Shown: piece by piece, positions 1 to 12,241 of the stretch
How the letters are laid out: the number at the start of each line of letters is the position of its first letter
How positions within the stretch are numbered: the first letter of the stretch is position 1
Source of the DNA: an uncultured Gemmatimonadales bacterium
Lineage (GTDB): Bacteria > Gemmatimonadota > Gemmatimonadetes > Gemmatimonadales > GWC2-71-9
Direction: 5' to 3'
DNA length: 64,000 bases
Assembly: GCA_963730185.1 (NCBI GenBank)
Contig: CAVSQW010000015.1
Span: 96,001 to 160,000 of the forward strand
Notes under the pieces: generated by a model
Database searches by the model: none
Seen by the model: the letters and a program-made list of their open reading frames with translations, nothing else
What the model was told of the DNA's origin: nothing
Program-made: the position numbers and the translations under genes

Positions 1-8
1 GGGCCACC

Positions 9-2183
9 GTGCTCCGGGATGGCCGGGAGGTCGAGCTCCCGTTTGGGGAGGTCGTCCCGGGCGACGTGATCTGCCTCAGCGCCGGCAGCACCGTGCCGGG
101 CGACGGTCGGCTGCTCTCGGCCCGTGATCTTTTCGTCGACGAGGCCTCTCTCACCGGAGAGGCCTTTCCGGTCGAGAAGTCGGTCGACCCGGCGCCGGCT
201 GGGGCCGCCTTGGCGCACCGGGTCAACGCGGTATTCCAGGGCACCCACGTGGTGAGCGGTGTGGCCCGGGCGATAATGGTTCGCTTGGGCCGGGAGACCG
301 AGCTCGGCCGGGTGGCGGGCCGGCTCCGCCGCGCGCCCCCCGAGACGGAGTTCGAGCGTGGGGTCCGGACCTTCGGGAACTTCCTGGTCCGGGTGACCCT
401 GGTGCTGGTGCTGGTGATCTTCGCGATCAACGTGTGGCTCGACCGGCCCGTGCTTCACGCGCTGCTCTTCTCGCTGGCGCTGGCCGTGGGGATGACACCC
501 GAACTGCTCCCGGCCATCGTGACCGTGACCCTCTCCACCGGGGCCAGACGGATGGCGCGGGCCCGGGTGATCGTGCGGCGGCTCGGGGCGATCGAGGACG
601 TCGGCAGCATGGACGTGCTCTGTGCCGACAAGACCGGGACGCTCACCGAGGGTGTGATGTCGCGGCGCGGCGCCGTCGATTGCACCGGCCGACCCAGCGA
701 GGCGGTGGTGCTCCACGCCTGGCTCAACGCCGCCCTGGAGTCCGGGTTCGTCAACCCGATCGACGCCGCTCTCCGGGCGGCCCCACCGCCCGGCGCCGAT
801 CCGATTCGCTGGCGCAAGGTCGACGAAGTGCCCTACGACTTCGTTCGCAAGCGGCTCAGCGTAGTGGTGGAGGACCGAACCGCGCCGGGCCGCTCGCTGA
901 TGATCACCAAGGGTGCGGTCCGGAACGTGCTCGAGGTTTGCAGTCGGGCGGCGTTAGGCGGCGATCCCCGGGGCGAGACGGCCCCGCTGGCGGAGCAGCG
1001 CGCCCTGGTCGAGGCCCGGTTCGCCCAGGCGTCCGCGGAGGGGCTCCGGGTGATCGCCGTGGCGGCCAAGGACGTGACCGGCGATCCCACGATCACCCGC
1101 GACGACGAGACGGACCTTACCCTCCTCGGGCTGGTGGCCTTCGAGTCGCCCCTCAAGGCCGACGCCGAGGGGGCCCTGGCCGAGCTGGCTGGCCTGGGGG
1201 TGTCGCTCAAGATCATCACCGGCGACAATCGCCACGTGGCCGCCGGGATCGCCGCCAGGCTCGGCCTCGCGCCGGCCCTCCTGACCGGACCGGAGCTCCG
1301 CGAGCTGACCGACGAAGCCCTCGACCAGCGGGTCGAGGCCGTGAGCGTGATCGCGGAAGTGGAGCCCAATCAGAAGGAGCGAATCATCGTGGCGCTCAAG
1401 CGCCGCGGGCACGTGGTCGGCTTCCTGGGCGACGGCATCAACGACGCCTCGGCCATTCACGCCGCCGATGTCGGGATCTCGGTCGAGTCGGCCGTCGACG
1501 TCGCCAAGGCGGCGGCCGACCTCGTGCTGCTCGACCGCGATCTGGCGGTGCTCGCGGAGGGGATCCGACAGGGGCGCCGGACCTTCGCCAACACCCTCAA
1601 GTACGTCTACACCACCACCAGCGCCAACTTCGGCAACATGCTCAGCATGGCAGGGGCGTCCTTGCTGCTTCCCTTCCTGCCGCTCCTCCCCAAACAGATT
1701 CTCCTCAACAACTTCCTCTCCGACCTCCCGGCGATGACGATCGCGACCGATCGGGTGGATCCCGAGCTGGTGAGCCGGCCCCGCCGGTGGGACGTGCGCC
1801 GGATCCGCCGGGCGATGATCGGCTTCGGGCTGGTGAGCTCGGCGTTCGACTTTCTCACCTTCGGGCTGCTCCTCGTGGTCCTTCGGGCCGGCGAGGCGGA
1901 GTTCCAGACCGGGTGGTTCGTCGAATCGCTCCTGACCGAGCTCTTCATCGTGTTCGTGATTCGGACCGGACGGGCGGCCTGGGCCAGCCGGCCGGGGTGG
2001 CTGCTGGCGGGGGCGACGATCGCGGTGACCGGATTGGCGCTGACCCTCCCGTTCCTGCCGTTGACGCGGGTGTTCGGGTTCGTGCCGCTGCCGCCCCGGT
2101 TCCTTGGCGTTCTGGCCCTCGTGACGATGGGGTACCTGGTGGCGTCGGAGACCATCAAGCGACGGGTGTTCCGGACGGGCTGA
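9..2183 (+). CDS. mgtA: Magnesium-translocating P-type ATPase (5' end truncated by window edge)
   Basis: TGE actuator motif (LTGEAFPVEK), PELLP, DKTGT phosphorylation motif, PYDFVRKRLSV, GDGIND and FQTGWFVES, typical of MgtA/P3B ATPases. Confidence 0.88.
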   Translation: MLRDGREVELPFGEVVPGDVICLSAGSTVPGDGRLLSARDLFVDEASLTGEAFPVEKSVDPAPAGAALAHRVNAVFQGTHVVSGVARAIMVRLGRETELGRVAGRLRRAPPETEFERGVRTFGNFLVRVTLVLVLVIFAINVWLDRPVLHALLFSLALAVGMTPELLPAIVTVTLSTGARRMARARVIVRRLGAIEDVGSMDVLCADKTGTLTEGVMSRRGAVDCTGRPSEAVVLHAWLNAALESGFVNPIDAALRAAPPPGADPIRWRKVDEVPYDFVRKRLSVVVEDRTAPGRSLMITKGAVRNVLEVCSRAALGGDPRGETAPLAEQRALVEARFAQASAEGLRVIAVAAKDVTGDPTITRDDETDLTLLGLVAFESPLKADAEGALAELAGLGVSLKIITGDNRHVAAGIAARLGLAPALLTGPELRELTDEALDQRVEAVSVIAEVEPNQKERIIVALKRRGHVVGFLGDGINDASAIHAADVGISVESAVDVAKAAADLVLLDRDLAVLAEGIRQGRRTFANTLKYVYTTTSANFGNMLSMAGASLLLPFLPLLPKQILLNNFLSDLPAMTIATDRVDPELVSRPRRWDVRRIRRAMIGFGLVSSAFDFLTFGLLLVVLRAGEAEFQTGWFVESLLTELFIVFVIRTGRAAWASRPGWLLAGATIAVTGLALTLPFLPLTRVFGFVPLPPRFLGVLALVTMGYLVASETIKRRVFRTG

Positions 2184-2371
2184 GTCGAGCCGGGGTCTGC
2201 GTCTGCCGGGACACCGCCGGAGTCGAGCCGGGCGGCCGCCGGCGACCCGGTGCGGGGGACCGGGGACCGTCGGAACGCCGGTCTCGGACTCAACCCCGAC
2301 CCCGGACCTGCCGATTCTTGAGAGGGGTGACTGCGCCGTAGCGGCGGGCCCCTCGGGAGGAGGCAACCGGG

Positions 2372-3847
2372 ATGACCACGCCGGAGCGCGAGGAAAAAGT
2401 CGAAGCCAGGATCCAGCGGATCCTGGCCCATCGGGACTTCCCGGCCCTCTCGGACCAGGTCCGTGAGGTGATCCGCCTGTCGGAGGACGAAGACGCGGCC
2501 CTCGACCGGCTGGCCGATCTGGTGCTCCGGAACTACGGGCTCACGCTTCGGGTGCTCCGAGCCGTCAATTCGATTCACTACAATCGCTCGGGGCAGCCGA
2601 TTCTCAGCGTGGCCCGGGCCATCATCCTGCTCGGCGTCCGGACCGTCCGCGACATGGCGGCGAGCTTCCTGGTGTTCGACCACTACCAGCGTCAGTCCTC
2701 CGAGCTCAAGCGACTGATGCTGCTCTCGATGGTGACGGCGGGGCACGCGGAGATTCTGGCGCAGTTCGCCCGCGGGGTGAGCGCCGAAGAAGCCTACGTC
2801 TGCGGGATGTTCCGGAACCTGGGCGAGGTGCTGATCGCCCATCACTTCCCGGAGGACTACGCCAAGATCGAGGCCGACCGGCGGGCGTCGGGCGATCCCG
2901 GGGCCGAGACCGCGGTCCGGCTGCTTGGCTTCCATTACGAGGACCTGGGTGCGGCGATGGCCCACTATTGGGGCATGCCGGTCGTCGGGGAGACGATGCT
3001 CCCAATGGGCACCGGCTCGGGCCTCCGTTCGGTCACGGCGTTAGGCCACGGCCTGACCACGCTGGTGTACCGGGGTGCCGAGCGGGCCTCTGAGGAGGAG
3101 ATCAAGCGGTTGTTGGACCGTCACAAGCGCGACCTGCCGGTCCCGGCCGGCAAGGTGGACGACGTGGTCCGTGGAGCGGCGGCGATGGTCAGGAAGCTCT
3201 TCACCGGGCTCGGTGCCACCGCCCGGGAGCTCGAGATCCTGGGGCGGAGCGATCCGGCCGTTCAGCCGGCCGTCGCCGAGGACGCCGACCGGACCACGGG
3301 GTCGGGCTACGGGCCGATCTCGGTCAAGGAGGCCCGGGAGCCGCTCCTCGGCGAGATCGCGGCGGCCACGGCGCCGGCGGACCTCGACATCCGGCGGGTG
3401 ATGCTGATGGTGCTCGAGGCCCTCCAGCGCGGCGGGCCCTTCGATCGGGTCCTGTTCTGCCTCCTCGACGACGACCGGGCCGAGGTTCGGGCTCGTCTCT
3501 CGCTCGGCGAGGGCGCGGAGGCGATGGTGGAGCGGTTCCGCTTTCCGATCGGGAACGACGGGCGGCAGTCGCCGATCGGGACGGTGATGATTGACCGAGA
3601 GCCGCTCTTCGTGACGCTCCCGACGGCCGGGCCTCGGGAGGCACGGCTGGCCCGGGCGCTGGGGGCGGCCGAGCTCGGGGTGCTACCGCTCACGGTGGAA
3701 GGGAAGTCGATCGGGTGTCTCTACTGCGACCGGCGGGTGCCGGGCGGCGCGCTCGATCCCGGCACCTTGATCTTCCTGGGGCGGGTCCAGGCGGCGGCCG
3801 AGCAGGCCATCACCCGGAGCCGACAGCACGCCGACGCGATGGCGTGA
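2372..3847 (+). CDS. HDOD domain signalling protein with C-terminal GAF-like domain
   Basis: FPAL..LTLRVLRAVNS..SVARAIILLG..EEAYVCGMFRNLG..LGFHYEDLGAAMAHYWGMP HDOD pattern; C-terminal LPLTVEGKSIGCLYCD is GAF-like; GGAGGAGG RBS upstream. Confidence 0.8.
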   Translation: MTTPEREEKVEARIQRILAHRDFPALSDQVREVIRLSEDEDAALDRLADLVLRNYGLTLRVLRAVNSIHYNRSGQPILSVARAIILLGVRTVRDMAASFLVFDHYQRQSSELKRLMLLSMVTAGHAEILAQFARGVSAEEAYVCGMFRNLGEVLIAHHFPEDYAKIEADRRASGDPGAETAVRLLGFHYEDLGAAMAHYWGMPVVGETMLPMGTGSGLRSVTALGHGLTTLVYRGAERASEEEIKRLLDRHKRDLPVPAGKVDDVVRGAAAMVRKLFTGLGATARELEILGRSDPAVQPAVAEDADRTTGSGYGPISVKEAREPLLGEIAAATAPADLDIRRVMLMVLEALQRGGPFDRVLFCLLDDDRAEVRARLSLGEGAEAMVERFRFPIGNDGRQSPIGTVMIDREPLFVTLPTAGPREARLARALGAAELGVLPLTVEGKSIGCLYCDRRVPGGALDPGTLIFLGRVQAAAEQAITRSRQHADAMA

Positions 3848-3868
3848 GCCGTCAGACCGGTGACCCGC

Positions 3869-5872
3869 TCAGCTCCGGAGTAGCCGTCCCAGGAGCCGGG
3901 CCAGCACGATCGGCAGCTGGGCCGGGTGGGTCACGACGGCGTAGTGACCGGGCCCGAAGACCCGCGGGCCGTATCTCGTCGCGTCCCGGTCCACGGTGAG
4001 ACAGAACGGGACAATCCCCAGGTGGCGGGCCTCGGCCATGGCCTGTCGGGTGTCTTCCACCCCGTACCGTCCGTCATAGACGTCGATGTCGTTGGGACGT
4101 CCGTCGGAGAGCATCAAGAGGAGTCGGTGCTTCGCGGCGTGTTGTCCGAGCAAGGTCGTGGCGTGGCGGATCGCCGCGCCCAGTCGGGTGTAGCCATCCG
4201 GCTCGAGCCCCGCGATCCGGCGGCGCACGCCCTCGCCGGGTGGTTCGGTGAACCGTTTGATCAGGCCGATGCCGACGTGCTCGGGGCCATGGCTCGAAAA
4301 GGACAAGATGGCATGCGGGTCGCCCAGCGCCGCGAGCGCCTCGGACACGACCACGAGGGCCTCCTTCTCGACGTCGATCACCCGTCGATCGGCGTGGACC
4401 CAGCCGTCCGTCGAGGCGCTGGCATCGATCAGGAGCGTGATCGCCGCATCCGGCCGTTCGGGACGGGTCGCGACGTAGAGCCTGCCGTCGGGCGGACGCG
4501 ATGCTCGAAGGTCCGCGAACGTCTCCACCCAGGCGTCGATGTCCACGTCGGCTCCGTCCGGCTGGCGGTGGCGCTGGACTCGGCGGGGTCGAAGGCGCTC
4601 GAAGTCGCGCCGGACCCAGCGGACGAGGCCACTGCGGGTTCGAAGAATCCGATCAGCCCACCCGGGATCGCCGTCGGTGTCGACCCGCTCCCTCACGATC
4701 GCCCCCGGCATGCGATAGCTCCGAGCGCGCCAGTCCCACTCCGGATAGACGATACCGTCCGCCCCCGTAACCGAGCGAGCTTCACGAACGGTTGGGGGAA
4801 GCGGGGCTCCGCCCTCGAGGATCTCCGCCACCGGTCCCTGCCGGCGCACCAGTCGGGCCTCAGGCAGTTCGGCCAGAAGCTCTGCCAACTCGCCCGGCTC
4901 GGCTTGGTCGTCGCGGTCGGTGGGGCGTTGGAGGCCCATGGGGTCTTCGACCTTCTCTTGCGGATCGTCGGCTCTCACGATCCAAGTTCCGGCCTGGCCG
5001 TCGTGATCGTCCTCGCCGTCCCGGGGGGTACGGATGAGCGGACGACGGTCGAGCCGGCCGACCCGCGCGGCACGGGTCCGGTCTTCGGGGCCCAGGTGGT
5101 CGGCAGTCCCGGCCTTCAGGGATGCCTCGGCGCCCCGTGGGGGCCCGCCCCAGAGCGGTACCGGGACTGGCGCTCGGTACCGGCCGGCAAGTCGGCGGAC
5201 GCCCGCCGCCTGACGCTTCGCCCAGGCGCGCGACGCCGAAGGTGAGGAGGCCGTTGGGAAGGAGGCGGGAATGGTGGTCGGATCGGCGGCAAGCGCCTCG
5301 AGCAGGAGCTGGTCGACCGCTCGCCCGGGAGCGCCTCTTGCGGGCCGCCGATTCCGAACTGCCGCGGCCCGGCTCTCACGGAGTTCGGGGAGCAGGGCGG
5401 GGAACCGGGCCGCCAGCTCGCGGTCGACGGCTACGGCTTCGGCGAGGAGATACAGGTCTCGCTCGAGGGGATCGGCCGGAAGGAACGACCCGGTGCCCCG
5501 CCGTAACCTGGCGGCCTGCTCGATGGCCAGCAGGAGAAAGCGATCGGCAGCGGCATCGTCCGGCGTGTCCTCGAGGACCGGGGGCAGGAGAATCCTCCCG
5601 CCGTCGGTCGACGCAAGCGGACCGGCCGACCGAGGCGTGGCAGGTCCGGACCGGGCCAGCCGGGCCAACAGTGTCGGCGGTGGCGGAGGCTCGGCCGGCC
5701 CAATCTCGGTCTCGCCACCGAAGAGGGCCGAGATGACGAGCTGGAGGCGTCGGCGGAGGCCGTCGAGCCCTGGCCGGTTGTTGCCGGAGGGCCGCCAACG
5801 CTGCCAGAGGTCCCGGGTCAGTCTGGTGGCGAGATGCGCGCCCTCGATCAGGACTTCCTCCGGCTCCGCCAC
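3869..5872 (-). CDS. norD: Nitric oxide reductase activation protein NorD (VWA domain)
   Basis: C-terminal VWA with DASAS MIDAS, GYTRLGAAIRHA, LSDGRPND, YDGRYGVEDTRQA; follows norQ. Confidence 0.9.
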   Translation of the reverse strand: MAEPEEVLIEGAHLATRLTRDLWQRWRPSGNNRPGLDGLRRRLQLVISALFGGETEIGPAEPPPPPTLLARLARSGPATPRSAGPLASTDGGRILLPPVLEDTPDDAAADRFLLLAIEQAARLRRGTGSFLPADPLERDLYLLAEAVAVDRELAARFPALLPELRESRAAAVRNRRPARGAPGRAVDQLLLEALAADPTTIPASFPTASSPSASRAWAKRQAAGVRRLAGRYRAPVPVPLWGGPPRGAEASLKAGTADHLGPEDRTRAARVGRLDRRPLIRTPRDGEDDHDGQAGTWIVRADDPQEKVEDPMGLQRPTDRDDQAEPGELAELLAELPEARLVRRQGPVAEILEGGAPLPPTVREARSVTGADGIVYPEWDWRARSYRMPGAIVRERVDTDGDPGWADRILRTRSGLVRWVRRDFERLRPRRVQRHRQPDGADVDIDAWVETFADLRASRPPDGRLYVATRPERPDAAITLLIDASASTDGWVHADRRVIDVEKEALVVVSEALAALGDPHAILSFSSHGPEHVGIGLIKRFTEPPGEGVRRRIAGLEPDGYTRLGAAIRHATTLLGQHAAKHRLLLMLSDGRPNDIDVYDGRYGVEDTRQAMAEARHLGIVPFCLTVDRDATRYGPRVFGPGHYAVVTHPAQLPIVLARLLGRLLRS

Positions 5873-5874
5873 GT

Positions 5875-6711
5875 TCAGCTCGTGAGCCGGATCAGGTCTC
5901 CGATGGCGGTGAGAAGGTCGGGATCGTCCGTCAGCGCCCCGGCCACCCCCACCTGGCAGGCCCGCTCGAACTCGATGCCCGAGGCGATCAGGCGGGCGGC
6001 GGAGACGAGGAGCCGGGTACTGGGGACCTCTGCCAGACCCTGGTCGCGGAGGCGGCGAACGGCCCGGGCCAGCTCCACCAGGCGGCCGGCGATGGCGCCG
6101 TCCACTCCTCCTTCATGGGCGACGATCGCCCGTTCCTGAGGGGGAGGCGGAAAGTCGAACTCGAGGGCCACGAAACGCTGCCGGGTGCTCGGCTTCAGGT
6201 CCTTGAGCAGGTGTTGATAGCCCGGGTTGTAGGAGATCACCAGCTGGAATTCGGGGGGCGCCTCGATCACCTCGCCGGTCTTCTCGATCGGGAGAATCCG
6301 TCGGTCGTCGGCGAGGGGGTGGATGGCGACCACCACGTCTTGTCGGGCTTCGACCACTTCGTCGAGGTAGCAGAGCGCGCCGTGTCGCGCCGCCAGGGCG
6401 AGCGGGCCGTCCTGCCAGACGGTCTCACCCCCTCGGACCAGCCAGCGGCCGGTGAGGTCGTTCGCGGTCAGGTCGTCGTGACACGCCACGGTCAGCAACG
6501 GGAGCCCGAGCCGCCACGCCATGTGCTCCACGAAGCGGGTCTTGCCGCAGCCGGTCGGACCCTTGAGCATCACCGGCAACCGGCGATGGTGGCACTCCGT
6601 GAAGACCCGCACCTCGTCGGCGGCAGGGACGTAGAACGGCTCGGCCGATGGGGGTGGCCTGACGCCCTCCGGCCCGCGGAGGGCGCGGACAGTGGCCTCC
6701 CGCGCGGTCAC
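5875..6711 (-). CDS. norQ: NorQ/CbbQ/NirQ MoxR-type AAA+ ATPase
   Basis: KGPTGCGKTRFVEHMA Walker A, CYLDEVVEARQD, SYNPGYQ, DLKPSTRQRF; GTG start overlaps the norB stop (GTGA); the 674-aa ORF in the track is over-extended. Confidence 0.92.
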   Translation of the reverse strand: MTAREATVRALRGPEGVRPPPSAEPFYVPAADEVRVFTECHHRRLPVMLKGPTGCGKTRFVEHMAWRLGLPLLTVACHDDLTANDLTGRWLVRGGETVWQDGPLALAARHGALCYLDEVVEARQDVVVAIHPLADDRRILPIEKTGEVIEAPPEFQLVISYNPGYQHLLKDLKPSTRQRFVALEFDFPPPPQERAIVAHEGGVDGAIAGRLVELARAVRRLRDQGLAEVPSTRLLVSAARLIASGIEFERACQVGVAGALTDDPDLLTAIGDLIRLTS

Positions 6712-8075
6712 GGGGTCGTTGCCTGGCCAGGCGCCGCCCGGGGTCCGGCCTCTGGGGCCGGTCGAGAGGCGAGGAAGAAGAAGTCGAAGAGGTAGAGTGC
6801 CACCCCGGTCGTGAAGACCAGCCCGGTGGCGAGCAGCATCAGGAAATGGACCTGGATCTTCTGTTGGGTCTGCAGGTAACCGAGCCCGAGAATTCGCTCG
6901 AGATAGGTCTGGGTGATGCCGGCCGCGGCGAAGGCCATGGTCATCCCGAACATCCCACCGACCTGGAGCCAGAAGGCCCAGAGCGCGGCGCCGGTCTCCC
7001 GCTTCTCTTGGGGATGCCCCCAGAACGTCGGCGCAGCGTACGAGATCACCGCCAGGACGATCATCACGTAGGCGCCGAAGAAGGCCATGTGCCCGTGCAT
7101 CGGTGTGATCATGGTGCCGTGAGTCCAACGGTTCACCGACGGCCAGGTATGGGCCAACCCGAGGATGCCGGCACCCAAGGCCGAGAGGACCGCGCTGCCG
7201 ATGGTCCAGTGGATGGCCATTCGATTGGGGTGGGCGAGCCCCGACCGGCGCATGGCCGAGTACGCGTAGACCGCCATGCCCAGGAAGGCCAGCGGCTCGA
7301 GTGCGCTGAAGACGCCGCCGATCGGCAGCCAGTACTGCGGCACGCCGATGAAGAAGTAGTGGTGCGCGGTCCCGAGCAGGCCGGCGATGAAGGTGAGCCC
7401 CACGATCACGTAGAGCCACTTCTCCATCACCTCGCGATCGGCGCCCGACAGCCGGATCAGCAGGTAGGCGAGGAGCCCTCCTTGCACCATCTCCCACACC
7501 CCTTCGACCCAGAGGTGGACGGTCCACCAGCGGTAGTAGATGCTGAGGGTGTAGTTGTCGAAGGTGAGGAGCGCGGGCAGATAGAGCACGGCGGTGAGTG
7601 CGAGCCCGGCGACCATCACGCCCTCGGTCGTGGTGAGCCGCTTGGCCTTCCAGATCGTCATGCCCAGGTTGTACAGGAACATCAGCATCACCACGACGAT
7701 GGCGAGCTTGACCGGCATCGGTTGCTCCAGGAGCTTGTTGCCGGCGGTCCAGCCGAAGAGGTATCCCACCACCGCCGTCACGCCGGCCAGCGTCCAGAGC
7801 GCGAGCTGGGCATAGGCCAGCTTGGGCGAGTAGAGCTCGGTCCGGGACTCCTCGGGCACCATCCAGTATGCGGCGCCCATGAAGCCGGTCAGGACCCACA
7901 CGATCAGCAGGTTCGTATGGATTTCCTTCGAGACATCGAAAGGCAGGATCGTCAGGAGGGGGTCGGGGCCGAGATACTTCGCGATCGACAGCAGGCCGAA
8001 CGCCATCTGAAGGCCGAACAGCAACAGCGCCACCGCGAAGTAGGCGTAGGCTACGCCCTGGGTTCGGTATCGCAT
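6708..8075 (-). CDS. norB: Nitric oxide reductase large subunit (cNOR)
   Basis: HTNLLIVW, RWWTVHLWVEGVWE, GTAHHY, FSALEP and HGHMAFFGAY heme-copper-family ligands and NOR glutamates; 455 aa. Confidence 0.95.
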   Translation of the reverse strand: MRYRTQGVAYAYFAVALLLFGLQMAFGLLSIAKYLGPDPLLTILPFDVSKEIHTNLLIVWVLTGFMGAAYWMVPEESRTELYSPKLAYAQLALWTLAGVTAVVGYLFGWTAGNKLLEQPMPVKLAIVVVMLMFLYNLGMTIWKAKRLTTTEGVMVAGLALTAVLYLPALLTFDNYTLSIYYRWWTVHLWVEGVWEMVQGGLLAYLLIRLSGADREVMEKWLYVIVGLTFIAGLLGTAHHYFFIGVPQYWLPIGGVFSALEPLAFLGMAVYAYSAMRRSGLAHPNRMAIHWTIGSAVLSALGAGILGLAHTWPSVNRWTHGTMITPMHGHMAFFGAYVMIVLAVISYAAPTFWGHPQEKRETGAALWAFWLQVGGMFGMTMAFAAAGITQTYLERILGLGYLQTQQKIQVHFLMLLATGLVFTTGVALYLFDFFFLASRPAPEAGPRAAPGQATTP

Positions 8076-8087
8076 TGCCCGCGCCTT

Positions 8088-8903
8088 CTATTTGAGGGTC
8101 ATGAGGTAGGCTACCAATGCGTCGATCTGCGCCGGCTGGAGCGTCTGCCCGAAGTTGGGGGGCATGAACGAGACGCCGCCGGCGGAGAAGGTCGCACCGG
8201 GCACGAGGAACGCGGCCGGGTCGAGGATCGATTCCCGGATGTAGGCCTCAGCCCCGTGGGCGGCGCCGTGGTAGTCCGCGGCCTGCACCCGCTCGGCCGC
8301 GCGCGTCGCGATCCCGGCCAGCGAGGGTCCGACCAGGTTGACGCCCGGCGCGACCGAGTGGCAGGTGTTACAGCCGGGTGGCGTGGTCTTGAACAGCGCC
8401 TCACCCAGAGCGACGGGATTGGAGGACGCCGCCGCGGGCGGAACCCCGCCCACGTCGGTTCCCGGAATCGATGCCCCGGATACCAGGATCGGCCGCGGGG
8501 GCCAGCCCTGAGTATTGATGTGACCGACCCAGGTCAGGAACGCGATCAGCTCGTCGATCTCCTGGTCGGTCAGCTTGAGGTTCGGCATCAGACGGCGGTC
8601 CCGCTCCTCGGAGTAGAAGCGCGACGGATCCTGAAGGAACGCCTTGAGGTATGCGGCGCCCCGCTGTTGGGTGATCTTGGTCAGATCGGGCGCGTAGTAG
8701 GCACCCTCGCCCAGCAGTGTGTGGCAATTGATGCAATCCTTCCGGTGCCAGACGTGCTTGCCGGCGATCACCTCGGGCGTGATCTGGTCGGCGTGGGTAA
8801 GGGCCGGAACCTGGCGGTGGGTATCGACGGTGAGGGCCACGAAGATGGCCGCGAAGAGCCCACTCGCGGCCAGAAAGAAGGCTCGAGTCTGTCGCTTGGT
8901 CAT
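8088..8903 (-). CDS. norC: Nitric oxide reductase cytochrome c subunit, di-heme
   Basis: N-terminal TM helix, CINCHTLLGEGAYYAPDLTK NorC motif, plus a second CNTCH domain with MPPNF. Confidence 0.92.
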   Translation of the reverse strand: MTKRQTRAFFLAASGLFAAIFVALTVDTHRQVPALTHADQITPEVIAGKHVWHRKDCINCHTLLGEGAYYAPDLTKITQQRGAAYLKAFLQDPSRFYSEERDRRLMPNLKLTDQEIDELIAFLTWVGHINTQGWPPRPILVSGASIPGTDVGGVPPAAASSNPVALGEALFKTTPPGCNTCHSVAPGVNLVGPSLAGIATRAAERVQAADYHGAAHGAEAYIRESILDPAAFLVPGATFSAGGVSFMPPNFGQTLQPAQIDALVAYLMTLK

Positions 8904-8918
8904 AGTGGGAGCCCTTCC

Positions 8919-9056
8919 TCAGACGTGGATAGCGCCGAAGTATCGGATTCCGATCCAGCCAGAGTAGAGCATGGCCGCAGCCATGAGAACGAAGACCAGG
9001 ATGCAAAGCGCTTTCACCACCGGGGACGGGGGTGCGAGCACGTCATCGCCTGGCAT
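8919..9056 (-). CDS. 45-aa single-TM protein heading the nor operon
   Basis: AGGAG RBS 5 nt before ATG 9056; MPGDDVLAPPSPVVKALCILVFVLMAAAMLYSGWIGIRYFGAIHV; ends 15 nt before norC. Confidence 0.65.
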   Translation of the reverse strand: MPGDDVLAPPSPVVKALCILVFVLMAAAMLYSGWIGIRYFGAIHV

Positions 9057-9251
9057 GGTGGCTCCTGTGAATGAGGGGGACTCGAAGCGTGATCCGACCA
9101 TACGAACCTCCGCCGCGATCGGCCCCGTGTCAACCGGTCCTGGGATGGCCTGGGGCAGGGCCCGACCGCGGTCGCTCGACCTTAGGCTGAGCTACCGGGC
9201 CGTGACCCGGGATGGTACGGGACGCTGGCCGGCGGCTCGGTCGAGGTGGTG

Positions 9252-11503
<2,252 letters not shown>

Positions 11504-11896
11504 TCAGGCCGTCGCGTCCCGCTGAAGCCTCAACGAGGCCGAGTTGAGGCAGTACCGGAGGCCGCTGGGCCCGGGACCGTCGGGGAAGACGTGCCCCAGG
11601 TGGGCGCCGCACCGGGCGCAATGGGCTTCGGTCCGGGTCATTCCGTGGCTCAGGTCCACCTCTTCGGCCACCGCGCTCTGGTGCACCGGCGCCGTAAAGC
11701 TCGGCCATCCGGTACCCGAGTCGAACTTCGTGGTCGAGGCGAAGAGCTCGGCATCGCAGCCGATGCAGTGATAGGTGCCGGGATCGTGGCAGTCCCAGTA
11801 GGCGCCGGTGAAGGCCCGCTCGGTGCCGCGCTGGCGGGTGATCCGATATTGCTCGGGCGAGAGCCGGGCTCGCCACTCGGCGTCGGGAAGCTCCAC
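11504..11896 (-). CDS. msrB: Peptide methionine-(R)-S-oxide reductase
   Basis: [35 protein letters not shown], two CxxC zinc pairs. Confidence 0.96.
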   Translation of the reverse strand: MELPDAEWRARLSPEQYRITRQRGTERAFTGAYWDCHDPGTYHCIGCDAELFASTTKFDSGTGWPSFTAPVHQSAVAEEVDLSHGMTRTEAHCARCGAHLGHVFPDGPGPSGLRYCLNSASLRLQRDATA

Positions 11897-12241
11897 TCAA
11901 TCCTCCGGGGCCGGGACCGCCGTCTCGGCCGGGGGCAGGGGACCCACGGTCCAACGGATCTCCCGCACCCGGCCTTCGCGACGGTCGTTCAGCTTGGCCA
12001 GGATCCGGGGGGCCCCGAGCGAGAGCTCGGCGGCCCATGCCGAGGATACGACCCTGACCCAGAGGACGCCATCGGCGCTCACCCCTTCGGCCCGGGTCAC
12101 CGAGGCCACCTGTGGGCCCACCAGCTCGGACCAGCGCTCCACCGCCGCGGCCAGGTCCACCCGGCGGGCCAGACCCTTCTTCTCCAGGAAGGGGGGCACC
12201 AAGTCGGCCAGGGAGCGGAGGTTGCTCCGCTTGCGCTTCAT
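11897..12241 (-). CDS. DUF721/DciA family protein
   Basis: W.ELVGP.VA..T, GVLWVRVVSSAWAAEL pattern; canonical position between recF and gyrB. Confidence 0.85.
   Translation of the reverse strand: MKRKRSNLRSLADLVPPFLEKKGLARRVDLAAAVERWSELVGPQVASVTRAEGVSADGVLWVRVVSSAWAAELSLGAPRILAKLNDRREGRVREIRWTVGPLPPAETAVPAPED

Noticed and set aside
2182..2232. 13-bp direct repeat GAGTCGAGCCGGG twice after mgtA
   Set aside because: Two short GC-rich copies with no transposase or further copies seen; not distinguishable from chance
434..2965. Long alternative-frame and antisense ORFs (e.g. 434-2341, 954-2366, 6846-9074, 25965-28538, 47209-49524 and many more)
   Set aside because: Arg/Pro/Gly-rich shadow ORFs expected at high GC; they overlap genes with clear family motifs
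9097..9135. FNR/DNR box, sigma70 promoter or island motif upstream of the nor operon
   Set aside because: Only a TTGAC half-site; TTGACA to TATGGT spacing is 25 nt; no 11-bp-period hexamers found
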